Below, piece by piece: positions 9,079 through 18,980 of a stretch of DNA of 64,000 nt (positions are counted from its first letter, which is position 1; each line of letters begins with the position of its first letter). The notes under the pieces are model-generated. The model saw only the letters and a list, made by a program, of their open reading frames with translations. It was not told where the DNA came from and did no database searches. The stretch is from contig CBDCXR010000004.1 in NCBI GenBank assembly GCA_965223845.1, positions 6,048,001-6,112,000 of the forward strand. Direction: 5' to 3'. This DNA comes from Planctomycetota bacterium. GTDB taxonomy: Bacteria > Planctomycetota > UBA8108 > SXIK01. The position numbers were made by a program, and so were the translations under genes.

Positions 9079-10920
9079 TCACGCCTGGTGGAGCGTGATC
9101 TGCTGGAACGGAATCCCCCAGCCGTGCTCGTTGCAGGCTTCTACCGCGATTCGCGCGAGCGCTCGCTCGACGCGCTCGTAGTACTTCGCCGCCGCGCCGT
9201 CGAGGTCCGCCTCGATTTCGTAGTCGAGTGAGGAAGCCGCGGCTTCGAGAAACGTCACCTGCACCTTCTGGATGTGCTCGGACGGAACGACGTCCGGGAG
9301 CTCGCGCTCGATCCGCTCGAGAAAGATCCGCGGGATTTCGTCCGTGCACTCGGCCTGGTGGGCGTAGTCGATGCCAAACCGGATCTCGACGCGATAGCCC
9401 TTCGAGATGTTCTGCGGCGCGGCAGCGAGGAACTCCGCGGTCGGATAGTTCTTCTCTGCTCCCCCGGGAAGCCGAACCTCGACCATCTCGGGCGTCTGCT
9501 TGATCACCTTGGCGCGCGTTTCGTCTTCGAGCAGCACCCAGTCCCCCTCGTTCGTCGGAAACCACGGCTCGTTCTCCGCCATCGGTCGCGAGTGAAGGCC
9601 GATGAGATGCCGAAGCGGGAGGCGAAGACGTCCGCCGGCCAGCGCTGGATTGACGAGTCGGGAGTAGAAGAGAAGCGTGTCGATCTGCCACGGCACGCCC
9701 TCGAACACGAGCCGCTCGCCTTCGCGGACCGACCCGAGGTTGAGGAGAAGCCGGACCTGTTCAAAGAACTGGGGGAGCATCCGCGTCGATGCCCAGCCGA
9801 CGCCCGCGAGGAAGAGAATCACGATGAGAAGGAGGGTCCAGTCTCCCATCGCCGCGAGCGCGATCATCACCGCGCCGATCGACGCGACGAAGGTGAGGAG
9901 ATAGAAGACGACGTTGAGAGCGCGAAACGGAAACGTCCGGTGGCGCTCGCGGAGTGGCCGGATCACGGTGCGGTGGACGAAGCGAAATGCGAGGAATACG
10001 ACGAGGAACGCCCCGATCGCAACCGCGAGATTGAGCCCCTTCTTGCGGAAGAACTGATCGATCGTATCGCGCGCGGTGTCGATCATGCTCGTTTCTTCCT
10101 TTCGCTCGATGAGCCGAGCGAGCTCACCCTGTGCGACGTCGCGGCCGCGACGAACCTGATCGAGACGCTTTTGCCACGATTCGCGCGCTCCTTCGAGGTG
10201 AGGGCGGAGGCCGGGCGCTGCGTTGTCGTGCAGCTCGTTCACGCCGGCGAGCGCGCGCGTCGCCTGGTCCTCGAGGCTCGTGAACCGCTCGATCGTTTCC
10301 TCGAGCGAGTGCTGGAGGCGGACGTCTTTCGTCGCGCCCTTCAGCTGGCGGATGAGCGGAGTGAGGAGGCTCTCGAGCTCGCCTTGGAGGTTGGCCTCGG
10401 ATTCTTTCGTTTCGTCCGAGAATTCACCCGCGTCGATGCCGAGGGCCGCGATTTTCTCGAAGCGCAGATCGAGCTCGTCGATCTCGAGTCGAATCGACTT
10501 CAGCGCCTCGCCGATTTCGGTGCGCTCTTGCGGAGTCGTTGCGGACGAGAGCTCCGCGCGCCTCTCGTCGAGCTCCTCGCGTTTCAGGCGAAGCTCTTCG
10601 ACGAGGGCCTCGAGCGAGGAGAAGGTCGCCTGTCGAATCTCCGCTTTCCGTGCACTTTCTGCGTCGGTCCCGTCGTTTGTCGGTGGAGATGGCGGGTCGG
10701 GCTCGTTCGGGGTCGACGCGTTCGCCGCAGCCGCCTCGGGCGCCTCGTTCGGCGCCTGCGCGCTGGCGAACGACGGCGCGAGCGTGAGCGCGAGCGCGAG
10801 CGCCGGTGCGAGAGCGAGCGGCGGGAGCCGTCGACATCCCGGTGCCGCCGACTCAAGGGACCCGAACGAGGCGGGGGCGGGAGACTTCGACGTCGACGAG
10901 ATTCGATCGTGATCCGGCAT
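9079..10920 (-). CDS. MscS-family mechanosensitive channel with an N-terminal periplasmic coiled coil
   Basis: Signal peptide, coiled coil, three TM helices, LNLGSVREGERL, FGIDY, FLEAAASSLD, IPFQQITLH. Start reassigned to ATG 10920. Confidence 0.85.
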   Translation of the reverse strand: MPDHDRISSTSKSPAPASFGSLESAAPGCRRLPPLALAPALALALTLAPSFASAQAPNEAPEAAAANASTPNEPDPPSPPTNDGTDAESARKAEIRQATFSSLEALVEELRLKREELDERRAELSSATTPQERTEIGEALKSIRLEIDELDLRFEKIAALGIDAGEFSDETKESEANLQGELESLLTPLIRQLKGATKDVRLQHSLEETIERFTSLEDQATRALAGVNELHDNAAPGLRPHLEGARESWQKRLDQVRRGRDVAQGELARLIERKEETSMIDTARDTIDQFFRKKGLNLAVAIGAFLVVFLAFRFVHRTVIRPLRERHRTFPFRALNVVFYLLTFVASIGAVMIALAAMGDWTLLLIVILFLAGVGWASTRMLPQFFEQVRLLLNLGSVREGERLVFEGVPWQIDTLLFYSRLVNPALAGGRLRLPLRHLIGLHSRPMAENEPWFPTNEGDWVLLEDETRAKVIKQTPEMVEVRLPGGAEKNYPTAEFLAAAPQNISKGYRVEIRFGIDYAHQAECTDEIPRIFLERIERELPDVVPSEHIQKVQVTFLEAAASSLDYEIEADLDGAAAKYYERVERALARIAVEACNEHGWGIPFQQITLHQA

Positions 10921-11133
10921 GACGAATGATCCTGGGCTTCGAGGGAGCGACGAGAAGTACGGGCCCCGGAGGCCGAAAGAGTAGCGCGGGACTCTCTCCC
11001 GAATCCACCCCTGGCTCCGCGTCTTCGGTTCGCACCCAGAGCCGTGGTACTCTGGGCCGTCGATCATCGCGGGCGACCTCCGTCGTTCCCGCGCCACTTC
11101 TTCGCCGCAAGCTTCTCCCGGAAAGCTCCGTCC

Positions 11134-12900
11134 ATGAAAGCTCCTCTGCGCGCCTCCGTACTGACGACTCTCTTTCTCGCCGGCGCTTCCGCCTGCGCGG
11201 CCACACCCGACGAGAAGTTCGCCTCGCTCGGGAAGCGCTACCTCGACGAGTTCACTCGACTCTCGCCGGTCTCGGCGACGCTGCTCGGCGACCATCGCTA
11301 CGACGGCGAGCTGAATCAAGTCTCTCCCGAGACGCGCGCTGCGTCGGTCGCATTCTCGCGCGAGTACCTCGAGGAGCTTCGGGCGATTCCGCGCGCCGAG
11401 CTCTCTCGGGCCCACCAGATCGACGCGGCGCTTCTCGAGCACGACCTCGAATCGACGATTTGGCGGCTCGAGCGCCTGCGTGAGTGGGAGTGGAATCCAC
11501 TTCGCTACACGTCGCTCGCGGGGAACGCGGTCTACGGCCTCGTCGCCCGAGCTTTCGCTCCGCTCGAAGAACGTCTCGCAAACGTCGCCGTACGCCTCGA
11601 GAAGTTCCCGCGTCTCTTCGAGCAGATTCGCGCCACCCTCATCCCGGAGCGCGTCCCGAAGATCCACGCTGAAACCGCCGTGAAGCAGAACCGAGGCGTC
11701 CTCAGCATCCTCTCGAACATGGTCGAGCCGGAGCTCGGCGCGGTCTCGGAGGCTCTCCGTGCTCGCTTGACGACTGCGATCGCGACGGCGCGCGATGCCG
11801 TCGAGAAGCACCAGAAGTGGCTCGAGGACGAAGTGGTGCCGAAGGCCGCCGGTGAGTTTCGGATCGGCGCCGAGCTCTACGACGAGAAGCTTGCGTTCAC
11901 CCTCAACTCGCCGCTTTCGCGGAAGGAGATTCGCGAGCGCGCCGAGAGCGAGCTCGCGCGAGTGCGCGCCGAGATGTACGAAATCTCGAAGATCGCCTAC
12001 AAGAAAGCCCACCCCTACACCGAGTTTCCCGAGCGCCCGTCCGCCGAGTACCGCCAGGCGCTCATCCGTTCCGCGCTCGAGATGGCCTACGCGGAGAAAC
12101 CCGATCGGAACCGCATCGTCGAGACCGCGAAAGAGTCGCTCGCACTCATCGAGGAATTCGTCCGCGAGCGCGATCTGATCACGCTCCTCCCCGATCCGAT
12201 CGAGATCATCGTCATGCCCGAGTTTCGTCGCGGCGTCTCGCTCGCTTACTGCGACTCCCCGGGACCGCTCGACGTCGGGCAGAAGACGTTCTACGCGGTG
12301 GCTCCGCTTCCGAAGGACTGGACGGAGACGCAGGTCCAGTCCTTTCTGCGCGAGTACAATCTCCGCTCGCTCCACGATCTGACGATCCACGAAGCGATCC
12401 CTGGTCACTACCTTCAGCTCGCGCGATCGAACCGCTACCCGTCCGTGCTCCGAGCGGTCCTCTCTTCCGGCCCGTTCATCGAGGGTTGGGCCGTCTACAC
12501 CGAACAGATGATGGCGGACGAAGGCTTTCTCGGTGGCGATCCGCTCATGAAGCTCATCGCGCGCAAGTGGTATCTCCGCGGGATCGCGAACGCTCTCATC
12601 GACCAGGCCATCCACACGGGCGGGATGACTCGCGACGAAGCGATGAAGGTGATGGTCGAAGACACCTTTCAGGAGGAGCGAGAAGCCGCCGCGAAGTGGG
12701 TGCGGGCGCAGCTCACGTCGACTCAACTCGCGACCTACTTCGTCGGCTACCTCGAGCACGTCGACCTTCGACGGGAGGTCGAAGCCGCTTGGGGTGAAGA
12801 GTTCGCGCTCAAGAAGTATCACGACACGGTGATCTCGTTCGGCTCGCCGCCCGTCAAGTACGTCCGGGCCTTGATGCTCGATCTCGAGATTCCGCGGTGA
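11134..12900 (+). CDS. DUF885 family protein (probable lipoprotein, metallopeptidase-like)
   Basis: PVSATLLGDHRYD, HEAIPGHYLQ, FIEGWAVYTE, QLATYFVG. Confidence 0.9.
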   Translation: MKAPLRASVLTTLFLAGASACAATPDEKFASLGKRYLDEFTRLSPVSATLLGDHRYDGELNQVSPETRAASVAFSREYLEELRAIPRAELSRAHQIDAALLEHDLESTIWRLERLREWEWNPLRYTSLAGNAVYGLVARAFAPLEERLANVAVRLEKFPRLFEQIRATLIPERVPKIHAETAVKQNRGVLSILSNMVEPELGAVSEALRARLTTAIATARDAVEKHQKWLEDEVVPKAAGEFRIGAELYDEKLAFTLNSPLSRKEIRERAESELARVRAEMYEISKIAYKKAHPYTEFPERPSAEYRQALIRSALEMAYAEKPDRNRIVETAKESLALIEEFVRERDLITLLPDPIEIIVMPEFRRGVSLAYCDSPGPLDVGQKTFYAVAPLPKDWTETQVQSFLREYNLRSLHDLTIHEAIPGHYLQLARSNRYPSVLRAVLSSGPFIEGWAVYTEQMMADEGFLGGDPLMKLIARKWYLRGIANALIDQAIHTGGMTRDEAMKVMVEDTFQEEREAAAKWVRAQLTSTQLATYFVGYLEHVDLRREVEAAWGEEFALKKYHDTVISFGSPPVKYVRALMLDLEIPR

Positions 12901-13003
12901 CGGCGGACTTGCGGGCGCGCGTCCCAAAACGCCTCTGTTGTCGTTGACCGGATTCTGCCGCGGCGCGTACGCTGAACGGTCGTTCACCGGCGGATGCGGA
13001 GCG

Positions 13004-15184
13004 ATGACGAGAGCGCGCGGACGATTCGAGTCGAGGGGATGGGGCGCCGTATGGGCGTTCGTCTTCGTCGTGACATCGTCCTCTCGCGGGGAGGAGGCCG
13101 AGGCGAAGCCCGCCGCGTCCGGGAAGTGGCCCTACCACGCCGTCGCGTCGATCGAGGTGCCACGCGTCGATGCGGCGCAGTGGTCGAGGCGCGCCGTCGA
13201 CGCGTTCGTTTACGCGAAGCTGAGCGCGAGCGGTCTCACTCCCGCCGCCGAGATCGATCGGCGGACGTGGATTCGGCGCGTCACCTTCGATCTCACCGGT
13301 CTTCCCGTTTCCATTGCGGATCTCGAAGCGTTTCTTGGGGATCCGTCGTCCGACGCCGTCGCGCGTGAAAAAGTCGCGGATCGCCTTCTCGGATCGCCGG
13401 AATACGGCGACCACCTCGCGAGCATGTGGCTCGACGTCGCGCGTTACGCCGATTCCGACGGCTACGCGATCGACGGCGAGCGGCCGACGCTGTGGCGCTA
13501 CCGCGACTACGTGATTCGTTCGTTCAACGAAGACCGTCCTTTCGATGAGTTCGTGCGGGAGCAGATCGCGGGCGACGTCCTGCGAAGTTCCGAGCGAAGC
13601 TCGCGCGGGTTGGTGGCGGCCGGCTTCCTCCGCCTCGGTCCGTGGGAAGCCGACAACATGGTGGCGGAAGACCGCCGCCAGGATTATCTCGACGAAGTGA
13701 CGACCGCGACGGGAACGGCGTTTCTCGGGCTCACGGTCGGTTGCGCGCGTTGTCACGATCACAAGTACGATCCGGTGAGCGCCGAGGATTACTATTCGCT
13801 TCAGGCGTTCTTCGCGAACGCGCAGCGAACCGATCGCTCGGCGGAATTCGATCCCGACGAGATCGAAGGCAGCGTCGAATCCCGCCGCGCGGCCGTCGAA
13901 GAGGAGGCGAAGCGGCGCGCCTCGCAACTCGCGGAGTTTCGGCTCCGTCTTAAAAAGAAGGTCGCCGCGGCGCTCGAGAAGCAGCCGGAGGAGATCGCCG
14001 ACGCGGAGCTCGCGCGCGAGCCCGCTGCGGGGATGATTTCCGCCGAGGAGAAGAAGAAGCTCGGCGAGCTCGAAGCGTCGGTGAAAAACTACGTCGACGA
14101 CGATCGCTTCGGCGCGGTCGCGTGCTCGGTCACCGAAGACTCGAAGAAGGATCGGAAGCGGACCGCGATCCTCATCGGCGGCGATCTCGCGCGGCGCGGA
14201 AAAGAGGTCGAGCCGGCGGTCCCGACTTGGCTCGCGGCGGCCGCGTTCGAGTCGCCCCGCGCCGAAGCGCCCCCGCGAGCTCGGCTCGCCGAGTGGCTCG
14301 CGGTGAATCCGCTCGCCGCGCGTGTCTTCGTGAATCGACTTTGGCAGCAGGTCTTCGGTCGCGGCATCGTCGCGACTCCGAATGACTTCGGCCTCAATGG
14401 CGCGGGAGCGAGCCACCCGGAGCTCCTCGAACATCTGACGGCGAGATTCGTCGCCGGCGGACGCCGCGCGAAGCCGATCCTCCGCGAGCTCGTCCTCAGT
14501 CGAACCTACCGTCTCGCGACGACGCACCCGAACGGCGCACGCTGCGCGGAAGTCGATCCGGAGAATCGGCTCCTCTGGCGCGCGAACTACCGCCGGCTGA
14601 GCGCCGAGGAGCTGCGCGACGCGATCCTCTTCGTCTCGGGAAGACTTCGATTCGAGCGCGGAGGACCGGGATTCTTGAGCGCGCTTCCTCCGGAGCTCGG
14701 CTCGGCGTTCCCCTTCTTCAATTGGCAGCCCTCGAGCGAAAACGACCGACGGCGGCGGAGCGTCTTCCACTTCCAGCGCCGGAATCTTCTACCGCCTTTC
14801 TTCGAGGCCTTCGACGCGTGCGATCGCTCCGCGTCGACGGGTCGGCGGAGCGCTTCGGTCATCACGCCCCAGGCGCTCAGTCTCCTCAACGGATCGCTCA
14901 CGCAGGACGCCAGTCGCGCGCTCGCGCGGCGAGTGCGCGACGAGGGTGGATCCGAGCTCGAGGGTCGTCTCGATCGGATGTTTCTCCTCGCATTCGCGCG
15001 CCGACCCGCGCGCGAAGAAATCGCGGTATGTCGCGAGTTCCTCGCCGCACAAGCGACGCGGTACAAAGGCGAGGCGGAAGCAGTAGCCCGGTCTGAAGCT
15101 CAGCCCCTCTCGCCCCGCGACCGAGCGTGGGTCGATCTTGCGCACGTCGTTCTGAACGCCAACGAGTTTCTTTACCTCGAGTGA
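13004..15184 (+). CDS. DUF1549/DUF1553 (PSCyt2/PSD1) domain protein
   Basis: IRRVTFDLTGLP, WLDVARYADSDG, CARCHDHKYDP, RVFVNRLWQQVFGRGIV, NEFLYL. Confidence 0.93.
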   Translation: MTRARGRFESRGWGAVWAFVFVVTSSSRGEEAEAKPAASGKWPYHAVASIEVPRVDAAQWSRRAVDAFVYAKLSASGLTPAAEIDRRTWIRRVTFDLTGLPVSIADLEAFLGDPSSDAVAREKVADRLLGSPEYGDHLASMWLDVARYADSDGYAIDGERPTLWRYRDYVIRSFNEDRPFDEFVREQIAGDVLRSSERSSRGLVAAGFLRLGPWEADNMVAEDRRQDYLDEVTTATGTAFLGLTVGCARCHDHKYDPVSAEDYYSLQAFFANAQRTDRSAEFDPDEIEGSVESRRAAVEEEAKRRASQLAEFRLRLKKKVAAALEKQPEEIADAELAREPAAGMISAEEKKKLGELEASVKNYVDDDRFGAVACSVTEDSKKDRKRTAILIGGDLARRGKEVEPAVPTWLAAAAFESPRAEAPPRARLAEWLAVNPLAARVFVNRLWQQVFGRGIVATPNDFGLNGAGASHPELLEHLTARFVAGGRRAKPILRELVLSRTYRLATTHPNGARCAEVDPENRLLWRANYRRLSAEELRDAILFVSGRLRFERGGPGFLSALPPELGSAFPFFNWQPSSENDRRRRSVFHFQRRNLLPPFFEAFDACDRSASTGRRSASVITPQALSLLNGSLTQDASRALARRVRDEGGSELEGRLDRMFLLAFARRPAREEIAVCREFLAAQATRYKGEAEAVARSEAQPLSPRDRAWVDLAHVVLNANEFLYLE

Positions 15185-15192
15185 GGACCGCG

Positions 15193-16614
15193 ATGGGATC
15201 GCCGACGCCGGCGCCGCACCGATCCGGCCGCCGCGAAGTTCTCTATCAGCTCGGATCGGGACTAGGCGCGGTTGCGCTGAGCTCGCTTCTGGCCGAGCGT
15301 CGAGCCGTCGCCGCGTCGTCGACCGGCGCGCTCGCTCCGCGCGTCGGCCACTACTCGGGACGGGCCCGGAGCTGCATCTTTCTTCTCATGGAAGGCGGCC
15401 CGAGCCAGATGGACACCTTCGATCCGAAGCCGGAGCTCGAGCGACTCGACGGAAAGCTCATGGAGCGCGATCTCGTCTTTCAGTCGAACCAGACGCGCGG
15501 TGAGCGATTCTTCGTGCGGAGTCCGTTTCGCTTCGAGCGCTACGGCGAGCGTGGGATGCCCGTCTCGGAGCTGTTTCGCGAAACGGCCGCGTGTGTCGAC
15601 GACATGGCGTTCGTGCGCTCGGTCCACTGCGAGAGCGACAATCACCCCGCGGCACTCAATCAGTACACGACGGGGCAGCAGATGCCGGGGAGCCCGTCGG
15701 TCGGGGCATGGGTCGTCTACGGGCTCGGGAGCGAGAACGAGAATCTTCCGGCCTACGTCGTCCTCCGCGACGGCCGTCCCTTCGGCGGAACGACGAGCTG
15801 GGGGAGCGGCTACCTGCCCGCGCACTTTCAAGGAACGCAGCTTCGGAGCGGTGCGCGACCCGTTCTCGATCTCGACTTGCCGAACGGAGTGTCGCGGAGC
15901 GATCGCCGCTCGAGCCTCGACCTCCTCCGCCGTCTGAACGAGATGCATCTCACGCGCCAGCCGGCGAACGACGCGCTCTCGGCGCGCATCGATGCGTACG
16001 AACTCGCGTTCCGCATGCAGATGGAGGTGCCCGGTGTCGTCGATCTCGCGCGCGAATCCGCGGCGACGAAGACGCTCTACGGTCTCGACGACAAGGCGAC
16101 GAAATCATTCGGTGAACGCTGTCTCCTCGCGCGACGGTTCGTCGAGCGTGGAGTGCGATTCGTCCAGGTGTGGGCCGGCGGCTGGGACTCGCACGACGAC
16201 GTCCTCGGCGGGCACCGAAACGCTGCTCGGCGCGTCGATCGACCGATCGCGGGGCTCCTCACCGATCTCAAGCAGCGCGGGCTTCTCGACGAGACTCTCG
16301 TCGTCTGGGGCGGAGAGTTCGGCCGAACACCGGACACGCGGAAGCAGAGCCTCAAGCGTCCCGGGCGCGACCACAACCCCGGCGCGATGACGATGTGGTT
16401 CGCCGGCGGCGGCGCGGCGGGCGGGAGTGTCGTCGGCGCGACGGACGAGACCGGGAACCGCGCCGTCGAGTCACCGCACCATCTGCGCGACGTTCACGCG
16501 ACGATTCTCCATTTCCTCGGCCTCGACGATTTCGATCTCACCTACTACCACGGCGGTCGTTTTCAGCGACTCACCGACACGGGCGGAGATGTGATCGAGG
16601 GGATCACCTCCTGA
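15193..16614 (+). CDS. DUF1501 domain protein
   Basis: Tat-like GRREVL, GGPSQMDTFDPKP, GWDSH, WGGEFGRTP, GRDHNP. Confidence 0.93.
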   Translation: MGSPTPAPHRSGRREVLYQLGSGLGAVALSSLLAERRAVAASSTGALAPRVGHYSGRARSCIFLLMEGGPSQMDTFDPKPELERLDGKLMERDLVFQSNQTRGERFFVRSPFRFERYGERGMPVSELFRETAACVDDMAFVRSVHCESDNHPAALNQYTTGQQMPGSPSVGAWVVYGLGSENENLPAYVVLRDGRPFGGTTSWGSGYLPAHFQGTQLRSGARPVLDLDLPNGVSRSDRRSSLDLLRRLNEMHLTRQPANDALSARIDAYELAFRMQMEVPGVVDLARESAATKTLYGLDDKATKSFGERCLLARRFVERGVRFVQVWAGGWDSHDDVLGGHRNAARRVDRPIAGLLTDLKQRGLLDETLVVWGGEFGRTPDTRKQSLKRPGRDHNPGAMTMWFAGGGAAGGSVVGATDETGNRAVESPHHLRDVHATILHFLGLDDFDLTYYHGGRFQRLTDTGGDVIEGITS

Positions 16615-16680
16615 CGTGGCCGGCGCGCTCGTTCGCGCGGCGGCGTTTCCTCCCGTCGCTTTCGCCGTCGGCTGATTCGC

Positions 16681-18105
16681 GTGAATCGATCTGACCTCTC
16701 TCGCTCGAATCGATCGAGTTCAGCCCGTTCGCTCGATCGCGAAATCCTCGACCTCGCGCTTCCCGCCGTCGGCGCGCAGCTTACACTTCTCGCCCACACC
16801 TGGATCGACATGGCGTGGGTGGGACGGATGGACGCCGCCGAAGAAGCCGTCGCCGCACTGTCGATCTCCATCTTCGCCGTGTGGATCTTCGGCTCGCTCG
16901 CCGCACTTCTTTCGGTCGGACTCTCCGCGCTCGTCGCACGGTACGTCGGCGCCGGCCGACAGGCCGGAGCGCGCTACGTGGCCTCGCAGGGGATCCGTGG
17001 ATCGGTGGCGCTCGGCGTGATCTGCGGGATCGCGGGTCTGCTGCTCGCGCCGACGCTCTTCGCTGCCGTCGGTACCGAGGAAGGAGTGACGCGCGCCGGA
17101 ACGGCCTACGTTCGCATCTACTGGGGCGGAGGGCTCGCAACACTGCTTCTTCAGGCCGGAGCGGCGATTTTTCGCGGACACGGAAACACCCGGGCACCGT
17201 TCGTCGTCGCGCTCGGATCACTCGCTCTCAACGCGGTGATCGATCCCCTGTTCATCTTCGGCTGGGGACCGCTGCCCGCCCTCGGGGTCGCGGGCTCGGC
17301 GTGGGCGACGATCCTTGCGAGCGCGCTCAGCGCGATGGTTCTCGGCGATTTGCTTCGGCGATCGGGTCACGTCGATCGCGCGCGTCCGGCTGACGACGTC
17401 CTCCGGCTCCGCGATTCGACGCCGCTCTCGAGACCGGGAATGATCGGAATCGATTGGGCGGTGCAGCGACGCGTCGCGCGCGTCGGCGTTCCGATCGCGA
17501 TCTCGGGAGTCGTGTTTACGCTGATCTACGTCGTGATCGGGCGGATTACGGAAGAAGCCGGCGGAAGCGCCGCGGTCGCGGGCCTCGGCATCGGCCACCG
17601 CGGAGAGGCTCCGGCCTGGGTACTCGGGACGGGGTATGCGACGGCCGCGGCGTCGCTCGTCGGACGCCGGCTCGGAGCCGATGATCCCGACGGGGCGAAC
17701 CGCTGCGCGTGGCGAGCGATCGCGCAGTGTGTCCTTCTTTGCGTGTTCTGGGCCGCGATCTTGATCGCCGCGGCGGACTGGATCGCGGCCGTGTTCATCG
17801 ACTCGAGCGAACCGGCGTTCGCCTACGCGACGATGTACTATCGCATCGCTGCCTGGTGCATCGCGTTTCAGGCGACGGAGATCGTCGTCGAGGGCGCGTT
17901 CGGCGGCGCCGGCCTCACGGTTCCGCCGATGTTGATCACCGTCCTTCTCACCGCCGTCCGTGTGCCGATCGCGTACTGGGTGGTGCGATCGACCGAGTAC
18001 GGAATCGAAGGAATCTGGTGGACCCTATCCCTCACGGCTATCGTGCGCGGGATCGTGATGGCGCTCTGGTTCAGCCGGGGGACGTGGCGGGGTCAGGGGG
18101 TTTGA
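16681..18105 (+). CDS. MATE family efflux transporter
   Basis: About 12 TM helices; LALPA, FRGHGNTRAP, NAVIDPLFIFG, GVAGSAWAT. Confidence 0.92.
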   Translation: MNRSDLSRSNRSSSARSLDREILDLALPAVGAQLTLLAHTWIDMAWVGRMDAAEEAVAALSISIFAVWIFGSLAALLSVGLSALVARYVGAGRQAGARYVASQGIRGSVALGVICGIAGLLLAPTLFAAVGTEEGVTRAGTAYVRIYWGGGLATLLLQAGAAIFRGHGNTRAPFVVALGSLALNAVIDPLFIFGWGPLPALGVAGSAWATILASALSAMVLGDLLRRSGHVDRARPADDVLRLRDSTPLSRPGMIGIDWAVQRRVARVGVPIAISGVVFTLIYVVIGRITEEAGGSAAVAGLGIGHRGEAPAWVLGTGYATAAASLVGRRLGADDPDGANRCAWRAIAQCVLLCVFWAAILIAAADWIAAVFIDSSEPAFAYATMYYRIAAWCIAFQATEIVVEGAFGGAGLTVPPMLITVLLTAVRVPIAYWVVRSTEYGIEGIWWTLSLTAIVRGIVMALWFSRGTWRGQGV

Positions 18106-18114
18106 GCGGGGAGG

Positions 18115-18777
18115 CTATGGTTGGGGGCGCGACAGCAGTTCGGGATGAACAGCGTGAGGACTCCGGCCATGGACCAGCTGAATTTCGAGTTCCGCGCGAT
18201 GGCAAGCTCTTTCCGCGCGTTCGCGGATATGGTTGAGTCTCAGGCCTCCTCCGACTGTATCCTTCCGAAACGCGGCTCTGACGTCCGGGTCTCGGGCCCA
18301 CGCCCTTACCGTGGATGCGAACATCGGTTTCGAAGTCAGATACAGGTCGTCTGCATCCTCGATAAACCCCGCTTTCCACGCGGCTGTGTACGCACCGCTC
18401 GTTTCCGCAGCTTTGATTTGGTTGTACACCCCGGCCAGGTACTTCCACTGGGACGCAAAGCGTGTGTACAGGGCTGTGTAAGTCGCCGCCAGGATCGCCC
18501 CAAACATCGGAATGGAGTCGACGAAGATTTCGCGCGCTCGCGTCCAATTCCAGGTCAGGAATTCGACTTGGGGGTTTGAAACTTCACGGAGACAAGAAAC
18601 GGAGATGCAAAGCGCGAACGAAGACACGAGCGCGCGAGCAAGAACGATTGGGCCTCCGTTCGGGCGAGCGGGGCGAATCGGATTCAGGCGCTTTCTGCTG
18701 TTGTCCGTTAGTAGCCACTCTCCGGATAGCCACTTTACGGCGGCGGACCAGCAGCGCCACAACTGCGAGTCGTGCAT
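18115..18777 (-). CDS. hypothetical two-TM membrane protein of atypical composition
   Basis: Hydrophobic segments plus ALYTRFASQWKYLAGVYNQIK and WKAGFIEDAD; visibly more AT-rich than neighbours; exact start uncertain. Confidence 0.65.
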   Translation of the reverse strand: MHDSQLWRCWSAAVKWLSGEWLLTDNSRKRLNPIRPARPNGGPIVLARALVSSFALCISVSCLREVSNPQVEFLTWNWTRAREIFVDSIPMFGAILAATYTALYTRFASQWKYLAGVYNQIKAAETSGAYTAAWKAGFIEDADDLYLTSKPMFASTVRAWARDPDVRAAFRKDTVGGGLRLNHIRERAERACHRAELEIQLVHGRSPHAVHPELLSRPQP

Positions 18778-18980
18778 CTTTCGCGGCCTGTTCAGCCAGG
18801 AGGATTCGAGCCGTCTCGACGGATGCGTCGAGTTACTAATATCGACATAGTTCTAATTATTCATTAGAGAGTCGCCAGATTCGTCGGAGATTCAGCGGGA
18901 CGCCCCCGTTTTTTGGGCTGCGGGGTCGATTCGCGGTATCACTGCGTCTGCCGAATTTTGGCCGTAACGGAGGCCAAGGA

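Noticed and set aside
10921-12987. N-terminal 689 aa of the 1302-aa minus-strand ORF
   Set aside because: Antisense shadow of the DUF885 gene; the MscS protein has its own signal peptide after ATG 10920.
13004-16614. DUF1553 + DUF1501 pairs (also 37130..41673) as a novel system
   Set aside because: Function unknown, but a well-known and highly multicopy planctomycete gene pair.
18831-18858. Possible dif/Xer site or integron att site in the AT-rich patch
   Set aside because: Only a weak match to the XerD arm, no attC-like structure, and no recombinase nearby.
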